From the NCBI GenBank assembly GCA_038108555.1, contig JAYNIA010000046.1, positions 6,047-22,093 of the forward strand: a stretch of 16,047 nt of DNA, read 5' to 3'. The notes beneath the pieces were generated by a model. It was not told where the DNA came from. It saw only the letters and a program-made list of their open reading frames with translations, and searched no databases. Source of the stretch: Nitrospinota bacterium (GTDB lineage Bacteria > Nitrospinota > Nitrospinia > Nitrospinales > VA-1). A program made the position numbers and the translations under genes. The first letter of the stretch is position 1. Each line of letters starts with the position of its first letter. This document shows positions 1 to 9,258 of the stretch, piece after piece.

Positions 1-216
1 AAAAATCAAAAGGCCGAGCCGATTGAAGCATTGGGAAAACCCTTTGACCCAAATGTCCACGAAGTGTTAAACCAGCAGGAATCTGAAGAACATGAAGAAA
101 ACACAGTCATCCAGGAATATTCCAAGGGCTACACTCTCAATGGAAGAATCCTGAGATCAGCCAAAGTAGTGATTGCAAAAAAACCTGCCGATAATAAAAA
201 CAATAAAGATTCCTAA
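1..216 (+). CDS. grpE: Nucleotide exchange factor GrpE, C-terminal part (5' truncated by window edge)
   Basis: The frame is open from base 1: KNQKAEPIEALGKPFDPNVHEV...VIQEYSKGYTLNGRILRSAKVVIAK. This matches the GrpE C-terminal G.PFDP..HE and KGY.L..R.LR.A.V signatures. Confidence 0.93.
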   Translation, partial: KNQKAEPIEALGKPFDPNVHEVLNQQESEEHEENTVIQEYSKGYTLNGRILRSAKVVIAKKPADNKNNKDS

Positions 217-254
217 GTATTTACTTTAAGGGTTCTGAAAGTTTTTAACTGCTG

Positions 255-1070
255 ATGCCAGAATTGCCTGAAGTAGAAACCCTCCGTTGTGCGCTTCTGC
301 CCCTCGTAAAGAATCAGGTTTGTTCTCAGATAAAATTCTTCAGGAAGGATCTCAGATTTCCTATTCCACAAAATTCCTTAAAAGAGGGATTACTCAACGA
401 AACGATTTCGGACATAACTAGACAGGGAAAATATCTCCTTTTCAAGGCTCCAAAAGGTTCCATGCTTTTGCATCTGGGAATGAGCGGACGAATGGCATTG
501 CAAAAAAGCATGGAGCCACAGGAGAAACACACACATGCCATTTTTAAATTTTCGACGAACAACTTTTTACATTTTGTAGACCCAAGACGCTTCGGAAGTA
601 TTTCATGGGTTCCAGAATCCGGGAAACATCCATTGATCGACAAGCTGGGGTGCGATCCTTTTTCGGATGCGATGAAAGGAAAAACCATGAAGGCCTTGGC
701 TAGAAAATCGAGAGCTCCCATGAAATCATTCATCATGAATTCACAGAAAATATCAGGAATCGGAAATATCTACGCCTGCGAATCTCTATACCATGCGGGA
801 ATTCGTCCCACCAAACAAGCGGGTAAAATTACCCTTTCCCAATGGGAAAAATGGATCGATTGCATTCGTGATGTCCTCAATAAAAGTATTTCCAGCGGCG
901 GTACCACTTTGCGGGATTTTTTCGATCCAAACGGATCTCAAGGCTATTTTTCTGTCAGCCTCTCCGTTTATGGAAAAGAAGGCCAACCCTGCCCCAAATG
1001 CTCTCAACCTATTTCCCGGAAAATTCATTCAGGCCGCTCCACCTTTTATTGCAAAACCTGCCAAAGTTAA
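255..1070 (+). CDS. mutM: Formamidopyrimidine-DNA glycosylase / AP lyase (Fpg)
   Basis: N-terminal MPELPEVE catalytic motif, HLGMSG, DPRRFG, H2TH motif GIGNIYACESL, and a C-terminal CPKC...CKTC zinc finger. Confidence 0.97.
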   Translation: MPELPEVETLRCALLPLVKNQVCSQIKFFRKDLRFPIPQNSLKEGLLNETISDITRQGKYLLFKAPKGSMLLHLGMSGRMALQKSMEPQEKHTHAIFKFSTNNFLHFVDPRRFGSISWVPESGKHPLIDKLGCDPFSDAMKGKTMKALARKSRAPMKSFIMNSQKISGIGNIYACESLYHAGIRPTKQAGKITLSQWEKWIDCIRDVLNKSISSGGTTLRDFFDPNGSQGYFSVSLSVYGKEGQPCPKCSQPISRKIHSGRSTFYCKTCQS

Positions 1071-1097
1071 TAGTTAAACCGTTAAAAAATATAAAGG

Positions 1098-1126
1098 TAG
1101 ACAAGATTCCCTTTTACGCTTTTAAT
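1098..1126 (+). promoter_or_regulatory. Candidate sigma-70 promoter for the dual-receiver gene
   Basis: TAGACA (1098-1103), a 17-nt spacer, then TTTAAT (1121-1126). Both hexamers match consensus at 5/6 with canonical spacing, in the intergenic region. Confidence 0.5.
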
Positions 1127-1193
1127 AGAAGATGCACCCAATTAAATAACTCAATTTTCTTGCTAATTAAAAGCGCTAAAGGACGTCTCATTT

Positions 1194-1979
1194 ATGGAAA
1201 CCCATTACGAGCAAAAAAATGCATTGATCATTGATGATGCCCCTGTCGTTCTTGAAATTCTTAGAAAAAACCTTGAAGAAATGGGTTTTGCAGCGGATAA
1301 CATTTTTGAAGCAAACAATGGTTCTGCTGGGCTCAATTTACTACATGAAAAAAAGGTCGACCTGATTATTTCCGATTGGAACATGCCTAAAATGGATGGG
1401 CTGGAACTAATAAAAACCATAAAGGATTATCCGAATTTAGCAAACACGCCTTTCATCATGGTTACCTCTGAAAATGAGAAAGAAAAAGTCGATGACGCTT
1501 TCAAGGCCGGGGTCAGCCAATATATTTTCAAACCTTTTAAACCGAATTACTTCAAAGAAAAAATTATCCAAACCCTGGAAAAAAATTTATACGGAGCCAA
1601 ACAGGTTATGGTGGTGGATGATTCAATGGTTATCCGCCATATAATTGAAAAACAATTGCGGCAACTGGGATTCGGAGATTTTAATTTCATCAATGCCGCA
1701 GACGGAAATCAGGCTCTAGCTAAACTTGACGAGTATAAAGTAGATTTAATTATTACAGACCTTCATATGCCTGAAATGGATGGCATTGAACTGGTCAGGG
1801 AAATAAGAAGTAATGAAAAGACAGAATTGATTCCGGTCTTAATGGTTACTTCTGATTTCAATGCAGACAAGATGTTGGAGGCCTATGAGGCAGGTGTGGA
1901 TGAATTCATGCAAAAACCTTTTAAGGTGGTAGAGCTTGAAGAAAAGATAAAAACGGTTTTTGAGGATTCCAGGAATTAA
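1194..1979 (+). CDS. Response regulator made of two tandem CheY-like receiver domains, no output domain
   Basis: Domain 1: IIDD...ISDWNMPKMDG...MVTS...FKPF. Domain 2: VVDD...ITDLHMPEMDG...MVTS...QKPF. Acidic pocket, phospho-Asp, Thr and Lys are intact in both. Confidence 0.9.
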   Translation: METHYEQKNALIIDDAPVVLEILRKNLEEMGFAADNIFEANNGSAGLNLLHEKKVDLIISDWNMPKMDGLELIKTIKDYPNLANTPFIMVTSENEKEKVDDAFKAGVSQYIFKPFKPNYFKEKIIQTLEKNLYGAKQVMVVDDSMVIRHIIEKQLRQLGFGDFNFINAADGNQALAKLDEYKVDLIITDLHMPEMDGIELVREIRSNEKTELIPVLMVTSDFNADKMLEAYEAGVDEFMQKPFKVVELEEKIKTVFEDSRN

Positions 1980-2058
1980 ATTTTTCCACAAAACCTTTTC
2001 CATTCTAAAATAGTTCTAGTTTCACAATATCACACCACTCCAGATAAAAGGATTCCCC

Positions 2059-3696
2059 TTGGAACAGTCAATTGGGCTGGTAACACTTAATGCCAAATTT
2101 ATTCATTCCTCGCTCGGCCTGCGCTATCTAAGAAATGCCGCCCGCGATGCAGGGCATAAAAATGTCTGGATCAAGGAGTTTGTTATCAACCAGCCGGTCT
2201 GGAAAATCGCTTCTGAAATCCAAAAGCACAAACCGGATATTTTGGGTGTGGGCATTTATATTTGGAATCGAAGTCAAAGCTTCGAATTGATCGAACGGCT
2301 GAAAAAACAAAATCCGGATTTAAAAATCGTAATTGGAGGACCGGAAGTTTCTTTTGAAACTGAGACCTCGGCAGATTATCCCGTTATCTCTGGAGAAGGT
2401 GAAAAAAAATGGCTCGAATATCTTGAACTTATCAACTGCGGGAAATTTCCTTCGAAAGAAACGCTGGATCGATGGAACACCTACGGGGCAGATCTTCCTG
2501 AACTGAAACCCGCATATATTGAAGAGGATTATCCACAACTTAAAAACCGCATCATTTATTTCGAAACTTCGCGCGGGTGCCCCTATCTTTGTTCCTTTTG
2601 TTTATCCGCGCTGGACAAAACGGTACGCTACTTCGATGAAGAAATTGTCTACAGCCAAATAAAAAATTTAATTGGTGCCGGTGTTAATAAGATCAAATTT
2701 GTTGACCGGACGTTTAATTTAAAACCGGGCCGCATGAAAGACCTGATGGAATGGCTTTCACAATTCACAGGATCAGAATTTCATTTTGAAGTGGTTGGAG
2801 ATATTCTCACCCCAGAAATATTAAACTTTTTGAAAACCGTCCCTCCGGGAATGTTTCAATTTGAAATTGGAATTCAAACGACAGATGACTCTGTCCAGGA
2901 AAACATTCAGAGAAGGCAGGACAATCAAAAGCTATTCGACACGATCAAAAATCTGCTCGTTCAAGACCGGATCCACTTTCACTGCGATCTAATTTTTGGA
3001 CTTCCCGGAGAAACCCTGGAAAAAACATGGAGCTCATTTCGTGAGGTGCTTTCACTCCAACCCCATGAGTTGCAATTGGGATTCCTGAAATTTCTTCCCG
3101 GTGCCCCTATAAAAAGCAAAATTGCTTCCCATGAATACCAATTCCAATCCACACCTCCTTACGAATTAATTTCCAATAAGGACCTGAGCGCAGAAAAAGT
3201 AGATTATTTAAAAAAGTTCGCGGACATTTTTGACCGGTTTTATAATTCGAAAAGGTTCCGTTTTTCCATAGCCAACCTTATGCGGAGAATGGATTCCGTG
3301 GCTCTTTTTGACAGGCTCCTGGAATACCATGAGACAAACCATTTATTTATGAACCCAGTAGGGCTGGACAGACAATATGAAATTTTTCAGGACACATTTT
3401 TTCCAAACCCAACCAGTTCTGAAAAAGACCTGTTGAAACTCGACTATCTCTATTCCCAGCGCACCTATCGCCTACCCGCGTTCTTATCGGAAAAGTCTCT
3501 AATTTCTGATAAGACATGGAAAAAGGATAGAAAAACTCCCATCATTCCTTTCCGTCATAAAATTGAAATTTCGGGGTCTAATGCCCATTTAAAATCAATG
3601 GAACATCCTGTATACTACGCCATCTCACATTCCAATAACGGGGGGGGATATTTCCACCGTCCCGTATTGAACCGAATTGAAGAGCCGGGAATATAA
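2059..3696 (+). CDS. B12-binding domain radical SAM protein (YgiQ/DUF4080-like architecture)
   Basis: N-terminal cobalamin-binding-like region (NAKFIHSSLGLRYL, GIYIWN, IGGPEVS, GEGE) and radical SAM motif ETSRGCPYLCSFC. TTG start with AAGGA upstream. Confidence 0.88.
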   Translation: MEQSIGLVTLNAKFIHSSLGLRYLRNAARDAGHKNVWIKEFVINQPVWKIASEIQKHKPDILGVGIYIWNRSQSFELIERLKKQNPDLKIVIGGPEVSFETETSADYPVISGEGEKKWLEYLELINCGKFPSKETLDRWNTYGADLPELKPAYIEEDYPQLKNRIIYFETSRGCPYLCSFCLSALDKTVRYFDEEIVYSQIKNLIGAGVNKIKFVDRTFNLKPGRMKDLMEWLSQFTGSEFHFEVVGDILTPEILNFLKTVPPGMFQFEIGIQTTDDSVQENIQRRQDNQKLFDTIKNLLVQDRIHFHCDLIFGLPGETLEKTWSSFREVLSLQPHELQLGFLKFLPGAPIKSKIASHEYQFQSTPPYELISNKDLSAEKVDYLKKFADIFDRFYNSKRFRFSIANLMRRMDSVALFDRLLEYHETNHLFMNPVGLDRQYEIFQDTFFPNPTSSEKDLLKLDYLYSQRTYRLPAFLSEKSLISDKTWKKDRKTPIIPFRHKIEISGSNAHLKSMEHPVYYAISHSNNGGGYFHRPVLNRIEEPGI

Positions 3697-3706
3697 TCCG
3701 GCTTTT
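3680..3706 (+). terminator. Possible intrinsic terminator overlapping the radical SAM stop codon
   Basis: AGCCGGG-aatataa-TCCGGCT stem-loop (one G-U pair) followed by a short T run. Confidence 0.35.
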
Positions 3707-3761
3707 AATCATCTCATAATAAAAACAAAGGTATTTGTATTTTTAATTCAAGGAGTCATTT

Positions 3762-5450
3762 ATGTCAGAGAAGCCGGATTCGTTAAACTCTAAAAGCAAA
3801 GCCATTACCCAGGGGGATCGAAGAGCCCCGAATCGGGCGATGCTTCGTGCGGTGGGTTTTTCTGATGACGATTTCCAAAAACCCATTATCGGCGTGGCCA
3901 ATGGACAAAGCGATATCACCCCATGCAATGCAGGTCTTGGAAAACTGGCGGATATCGCAGCGGACCAGATAAGAAAAGAAGGTGGAATGCCACAAACTTT
4001 TGGAACCATCACCATCAGTGATGGAATTTCAATGGGAACCGAAGGCATGAAATGCTCCCTGGTCAGTCGCGATGTCATCGCCGACTCCGTCGAAACGGTT
4101 TGCCGTGGGGCAAGTATGGATGCCGTCATTTGTATTGGCGGGTGCGACAAAAATATGCCCGGTGCCATGATCGGAATGGCACGACTCAATATTCCTGGAA
4201 TCTTTGTCTATGGGGGAACCATCAAACCCGGCCATCTGGATGGAAAAGACTTAACTGTCGTCAGTGTTTTTGAAGCAGTTGGGCAATATGGTGCTGGGAC
4301 CATCGATAAAAACCAATTGACCGAAATTGAAAAACACGCATGCCCGGGGTTTGGCTCTTGCGGAGGAATGTACACGGCAAACACCATGTCTTCCGCATTT
4401 GAGGCTATGGGCATGAGTTTGCCTTACAGCTCAACTATGGCAAATGAAGACAAGGAAAAGGAGCTCAATACCGGTCTCTGCGCAAAGGCTCTTTTAAACA
4501 TGGTCCGGGAAAACATTCTTCCCCGTGACATCATGACCCGAAAAGCCTTCGAAAATGCAATAGCGGTTATCATGGCGATTGGAGGGTCCACCAACGCCGT
4601 ACTGCATTTATTGGCCATCGCTCATTCGGTGGGTGTGGAGCTATCCATTGATGATTTTGAATCGATTCGCAAAAAGATTCCTCTGTTCTGCGATTTAAAA
4701 CCTTCCGGGAAATACGTGGCTGTGGATTTACATCGTGCGGGTGGCATTCCTCAAGTTATGAAAATGATGTTGAACGCAGGTATGATTCATGGAGATTGCC
4801 TGACGGTAACTGGCAAAACAATTGCAGAAAACCTGAAAGACATCCCCGATCAGCCACCGGCTAATCAGGATGTCATTTTACCTCTCGATAACCCCAAATC
4901 CACTGAAGGCCATTTGGTTGTTCTAAAAGGAAACATTTGCCCTGAAGGTGGAGTTGCAAAAATTTCAGGAGTAAAAACACGAAATATTACGGGACCGGCC
5001 ATCGTTTTTGACTCTGAAGAGGAATGTCTCGATGCCATACTTGAAGACAAAATAAAAGCAGGAGACGTTGTGGTCATCCGCTTTGAAGGTCCGAGAGGAG
5101 GACCGGGAATGCGCGAAATGCTAGCCCCAACTTCAGCTCTCGTTGGTAAAGGGCTTGGTGACAAAGTTGCCCTGATAACTGATGGAAGGTTTTCAGGCGG
5201 TACCTACGGAATTGTAATTGGTCATGTCTCCCCAGAAGCACAAGTGGGAGGAACTCTTGCACTGATAAAAAATGGGGACACTATCAAAATCGATATTGAA
5301 AATAATCAGGCAAATGTTGAGTTATCCGATGAGGAGTTGGCCAACAGGAAAAAAGATTTTAAACCCAAAGAAATAAGATACAAAAAAGGTGTGTTGGCCA
5401 AGTACGCTAAACTCGTCAGTTCTGCCAGCAGGGGTGCCGTTACGGACTAG
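3762..5450 (+). CDS. ilvD: Dihydroxy-acid dehydratase
   Basis: Motifs [54 protein letters not shown] and TDGRFSG. AAGGAG RBS. Confidence 0.97.
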   Translation: MSEKPDSLNSKSKAITQGDRRAPNRAMLRAVGFSDDDFQKPIIGVANGQSDITPCNAGLGKLADIAADQIRKEGGMPQTFGTITISDGISMGTEGMKCSLVSRDVIADSVETVCRGASMDAVICIGGCDKNMPGAMIGMARLNIPGIFVYGGTIKPGHLDGKDLTVVSVFEAVGQYGAGTIDKNQLTEIEKHACPGFGSCGGMYTANTMSSAFEAMGMSLPYSSTMANEDKEKELNTGLCAKALLNMVRENILPRDIMTRKAFENAIAVIMAIGGSTNAVLHLLAIAHSVGVELSIDDFESIRKKIPLFCDLKPSGKYVAVDLHRAGGIPQVMKMMLNAGMIHGDCLTVTGKTIAENLKDIPDQPPANQDVILPLDNPKSTEGHLVVLKGNICPEGGVAKISGVKTRNITGPAIVFDSEEECLDAILEDKIKAGDVVVIRFEGPRGGPGMREMLAPTSALVGKGLGDKVALITDGRFSGGTYGIVIGHVSPEAQVGGTLALIKNGDTIKIDIENNQANVELSDEELANRKKDFKPKEIRYKKGVLAKYAKLVSSASRGAVTD

Positions 5451-5455
5451 AGAAC

Positions 5456-6403
5456 ATGCATTATAAAATTCTTCCGGGCCACCTCTACTCGCAAAATCAA
5501 CGCGTCAATCTTTATTACCTGCACAATCTCTTTAGGGAAATCGCCACCCAGATTTCTCATCAAATGAAAGAAATCCATAATCTGGACACCCCTATTTCCG
5601 CCGGAATGTGGGGTGGGTCCTATATGGTGGCGTTAGATGACGGTGAAGCCCGGACTAATGTTGTGCGATTGTATTCAATTGTCAGCCTTCCTCAGAACAG
5701 TCCTCTCGATGAAAAGGAAAACTTTGAAAAGTTAATGCAGCTTTACCAAAAAAACTTTAGGGAAATATTTGGCAGGTACGGTCTGGACCTCGTCAACCCA
5801 AGATGGGGCGAGTTAATCCCCTACTCCAATAGAATAAGACCCACCACTGCCTTGCAGATGTGGGATACCCGTGGTCGAGCCAATTACGTCAGGGCTTTTT
5901 TCGTTTGGAATAAAGCCAGTTGGGAAGAATCCATTATTTACGATATGATCCGAAACATTAAAACGTTAAAGGAACTATTAAACATAAACACCCGCCCACC
6001 TAAAAAGGAGAGTTCGGAATTAAAGTTTTTACTCCAAGATGTGCTCATCACCTATGTCACACTACACGCTGCATTAACCCCTGATTTTGTCGAACACGCA
6101 GAACCGATCATCGAAAACCTTTTCAATCAATTTATAAATGGGTTGCATTCTGAGGAAAGCATCGAAGAGCAATATCACAGGGTTTACTCATCGGCTCTGG
6201 TCTACGGATTTGAGGAAGCCCTGTTGGAACCCTATAAAAAGGATAATCTGGATATCAGAAATGTAGAAGACTGGCCGGTGGATAAAATAAATTATGTCCC
6301 CAATGAACTTAAAGAAAAACTGGTTCCTGCGCTCCAAGCCCCCTGGAAAAAGTTTCATGCGACTCTGGAAAACAAATACGGGAAGACAAATTCCATTAAC
6401 TAA
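5456..6403 (+). CDS. Hypothetical soluble protein (315 aa)
   Basis: Long ORF starting 5 nt after the ilvD stop, with protein-like composition. No family recognised. Confidence 0.75.
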   Translation: MHYKILPGHLYSQNQRVNLYYLHNLFREIATQISHQMKEIHNLDTPISAGMWGGSYMVALDDGEARTNVVRLYSIVSLPQNSPLDEKENFEKLMQLYQKNFREIFGRYGLDLVNPRWGELIPYSNRIRPTTALQMWDTRGRANYVRAFFVWNKASWEESIIYDMIRNIKTLKELLNINTRPPKKESSELKFLLQDVLITYVTLHAALTPDFVEHAEPIIENLFNQFINGLHSEESIEEQYHRVYSSALVYGFEEALLEPYKKDNLDIRNVEDWPVDKINYVPNELKEKLVPALQAPWKKFHATLENKYGKTNSIN

Positions 6404-7163
6404 ATTTCAACAGCATCCACCCTGCCAAACCCTTTTGACCATTCAACTCCTTGTTCGAGCCATTCCACACAGCAACGGCCATTAAAACCGATTGACGAAA
6501 CTGGACGTCATTCATGTCATCGTTTACAAGGCGACGCTTAAAAATCAAACGCCAGGTATTATCTTTCCAAATCGCTGTTCCTTTAACATTTTGTTGATTT
6601 TGAAATGTCAGAGTGCTGAATCCTTCTGCGTTTAAATCCTCAACGGTATGAAAAACCAATGCTTTTTTCTCTTTCACTCCCGGTTGTCCCTTCTCACCTC
6701 CAATGGATTTCCATTGCCAGATATTCACGGGGACTCCCGGCTCTCCCATTGTGATTGAAGGGGCTTCACTAGCCGCTTCAACAGGAAACATCACAGCCGC
6801 CCGGTCTACATACAGCGAAGAATGTTCAAAAGTTCCATCCCTCGTTTCATCTTCCCATTCAAGCATGATGACAAGTTCCTTACGATTCGTAATCGCGCGA
6901 ATTGATACCTGCTTGGTCGATGGATTGGGCCATTTCGGATTTGTAATCATTTGCGGTCCCAACTCAATGGTAGTTACCGCCTGCTTGCCCTTCCAATAGG
7001 GATCAAAAGGATCAGTCGGCAAATTCCCCTCAACATTGGCAACCTCAATTGCCGGACCACAACTGCCCTCTTCCAAACAGCTTTCAATATTGGCGGAACA
7101 ACCCAATAAAGAAATTAAAATTACATAAATTAGCGTATTGTAAAAATACTTTTTAAATTTCAT
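6396..7163 (-). CDS. Lipoprotein with ethylbenzene dehydrogenase gamma-like (EbdC/NxrC-type, DOMON-like) heme b domain
   Basis: Basic N-terminus, hydrophobic stretch and LLGC lipobox. Family motifs LEWED, DRAAVMFP, ITMG, VNIWQW, AEGFSTLT, W...FKR.L, AVWNGS...GQK. The start is likely the ATG at 7163 (AGGA upstream); the alternative is TTG at 7178. Confidence 0.8.
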   Translation of the reverse strand: MKFKKYFYNTLIYVILISLLGCSANIESCLEEGSCGPAIEVANVEGNLPTDPFDPYWKGKQAVTTIELGPQMITNPKWPNPSTKQVSIRAITNRKELVIMLEWEDETRDGTFEHSSLYVDRAAVMFPVEAASEAPSITMGEPGVPVNIWQWKSIGGEKGQPGVKEKKALVFHTVEDLNAEGFSTLTFQNQQNVKGTAIWKDNTWRLIFKRRLVNDDMNDVQFRQSVLMAVAVWNGSNKELNGQKGLAGWMLLKFS

Positions 7164-7178
7164 TTTTCCTGGAGACAA

Positions 7179-8489
7179 CTAGAATTGATTGATCAATCCT
7201 TCAAGCTGGGATTTTAAGGGTGCGGTGTAAGGACCAACAAGAATTAAATTGAGTTTTTTAGGTTCAAAAATTTTTTCTGCAACTTCCAACATTTTTTCTG
7301 CCGTTACAGAATCGATGAGATTCCTTTCTTCTTCCACTGACATTTCCCTGGAATACAAATGGGGAAATGCATAACGAACCAGTTGTCTGTAGGGGTCATC
7401 CAGCTCGGCATCAAGATCAAAAAAGTATCTCTTTTTTATATGAGCCAGTTCGCTTTGCGTGGGCCCTTCCTTCGCAAATGTTTTTATTTCTTTAAGCAGA
7501 ATATTTGCCACCTCTACGACTTTTTCCGGGCGCACCGTCACATCAAAGTCTATGGTCCCCAGGTCTGACATGCTGGTGGCCCGGCATTCCACGGAGTATA
7601 CCAGTCCCTTTTCTTCCCTCAGTACCCTTTGCAAGCGGGAAGTAAAACCATCATCAAAAATTCGACTGATTAATGTCAAAACCAGAAAGTCGGGGTCGTT
7701 GTAGGAAAAAGATCGAAAACAAATCTGCAGTTCTATTTGACTGTCAGAATCCTCCTGAAAATGAAGCCCCGGCTTTTCCTGGCTTTCGTCAATGGTTCCT
7801 ATAAAATGATCTTTGGAGATAGGCTCTGTTCCATTGGATAAACCGGAAAAATATTTCCTGGTGAGATCCATCATCTCTACATGTTCAACGGGACCTGCAA
7901 AAGCCAACACCATATTTCCCGGCACATAGTGCTTTTCAAAATACTCCTGCAACATGTCTGTTTTTATCGATTTGATGGTTTCTTCCGTTCCAATCGTAGG
8001 CCAGGCCATGGGCGTTTCGGGATAAAGCAATTGGCAAGCCTGATTATTGATATCAACATTGACCCCTTCTTCATTGAGTTCTTCAAAATATTCCTCAAGA
8101 ATAATTCCCCGCTCAACTTCAATCTCGGGAAAAGTGGGTGACGAAAAAAACTCTGCAAATAATTCCAGTCCCTTTTCCAACTGCGACACATGGGGGCTGA
8201 ACCCATATTGAGTGTATTCTCCCAATGTGGAAGCTCTTAAATCGCGACCAATACTTTCAAACTCCATATTCAGTGCAATTGAATTGGGATATTTTTTATT
8301 GCCCCGAAACATCATATGTTCTAGAAAATGGGATATCCCATTATTTCTCAGGTTTTCAAAACGCAATCCGGCACGCACAAACATGGAAACTTCCATGGTA
8401 TGGATATGCGGCATCTCCACCGTAACTACCGTGAGGCCATTGGGCAGGCTATCTTTAAAATATTTTAAAGCAAATTCTTTAACTTCCAT
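7179..8489 (-). CDS. M16 family (pitrilysin-like) zinc peptidase
   Basis: LPNGL N-terminus, inverted zinc motif HFLEH in GISHFLEHMMFRG, ERGIILEE, and C-terminal SRL...LREEKGLVYSV. Confidence 0.92.
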   Translation of the reverse strand: MEVKEFALKYFKDSLPNGLTVVTVEMPHIHTMEVSMFVRAGLRFENLRNNGISHFLEHMMFRGNKKYPNSIALNMEFESIGRDLRASTLGEYTQYGFSPHVSQLEKGLELFAEFFSSPTFPEIEVERGIILEEYFEELNEEGVNVDINNQACQLLYPETPMAWPTIGTEETIKSIKTDMLQEYFEKHYVPGNMVLAFAGPVEHVEMMDLTRKYFSGLSNGTEPISKDHFIGTIDESQEKPGLHFQEDSDSQIELQICFRSFSYNDPDFLVLTLISRIFDDGFTSRLQRVLREEKGLVYSVECRATSMSDLGTIDFDVTVRPEKVVEVANILLKEIKTFAKEGPTQSELAHIKKRYFFDLDAELDDPYRQLVRYAFPHLYSREMSVEEERNLIDSVTAEKMLEVAEKIFEPKKLNLILVGPYTAPLKSQLEGLINQF

Positions 8490-8569
8490 GTTTCCTTGGG
8501 TATCATGCAGCCCCTGAGGACTTTTTGTTAACTTTTACCTTTTTAAATCTATTATCTCACAAACCGGAC

Positions 8570-9205
8570 ATGAATCAGGAAAATTGGACAAAAAATGATT
8601 ACCAAACCGGACTCAAGTTTCTTGCTGAACATGAAGACGAGGCTGCTTCGGATATGATTTTACCCGTTGGGAATGATGTCATTGTCATCCTTCCATTGGG
8701 ACTCCCTCTCTATGGGGCAGGATTTTACGGTATTTTCATGTTGGCTCCAATCATTCTTTTTATGCTCATTATTTCCTACTTTATGTTCATCATTCTGACT
8801 ACCCCATCCATGGAATTTCAATTTCAATTGTTGGTATCTGTGGTTGGATTGGTTCTCTTGTGGGGTCTGACCAAAGCACTAAAACTCCTGACCTCTTCCC
8901 GCGATCTGTTCCGTAGAAAATATTTTACGGTATTAGGAACGAAAGGGATTTCAGGGCATTATTCCAAATGGCATTTTCCAGGCCATTCAAATGGAGCCAT
9001 TGAATGGGGCGAAATTTCATCGGTCCGTTCTTATTCCACATTCTTTTTACCCGGAATTTTTGCAGGAATATTCAAATCAACCCTCGTGGAAATAACTTCA
9101 CAAGATGGGACTCTTCTAAAAATGCCATTTTATGTTCCCGAGGAACAAGTCCCAATATTTTCACAGAAAATTTTAGACCTGATCCAACAAAAAAGAGCTC
9201 ACTGA
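8570..9205 (+). CDS. Hypothetical membrane protein (two or three hydrophobic segments)
   Basis: Hydrophobic stretches FYGIFMLAPIILFMLIISYFMFIIL and LLVSVVGLVLLWGL. The ATG at 8570 (GGA upstream) is preferred over TTG at 8525. Confidence 0.7.
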   Translation: MNQENWTKNDYQTGLKFLAEHEDEAASDMILPVGNDVIVILPLGLPLYGAGFYGIFMLAPIILFMLIISYFMFIILTTPSMEFQFQLLVSVVGLVLLWGLTKALKLLTSSRDLFRRKYFTVLGTKGISGHYSKWHFPGHSNGAIEWGEISSVRSYSTFFLPGIFAGIFKSTLVEITSQDGTLLKMPFYVPEEQVPIFSQKILDLIQQKRAH

Positions 9206-9258
9206 TATAAATTGGGAAGAAAGTGATACCGCCCTTTTAATCTTCGGCGGTTTGCCTC

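Noticed and set aside
3695..3780. 10-nt inverted repeat AATCCGGCTT / AAGCCGGATT spanning the ilvD leader, as a possible attenuator
   Set aside because: No Ile/Leu/Val-rich leader peptide or T-box features were seen, and a match this short is compatible with chance.
9228..9251. ACCGCC-N12-GGCGGT hairpin between the convergent membrane-protein gene and dnaE
   Set aside because: With only a 6-bp stem, a long loop and poor U-tracts, it is too weak to call a terminator.
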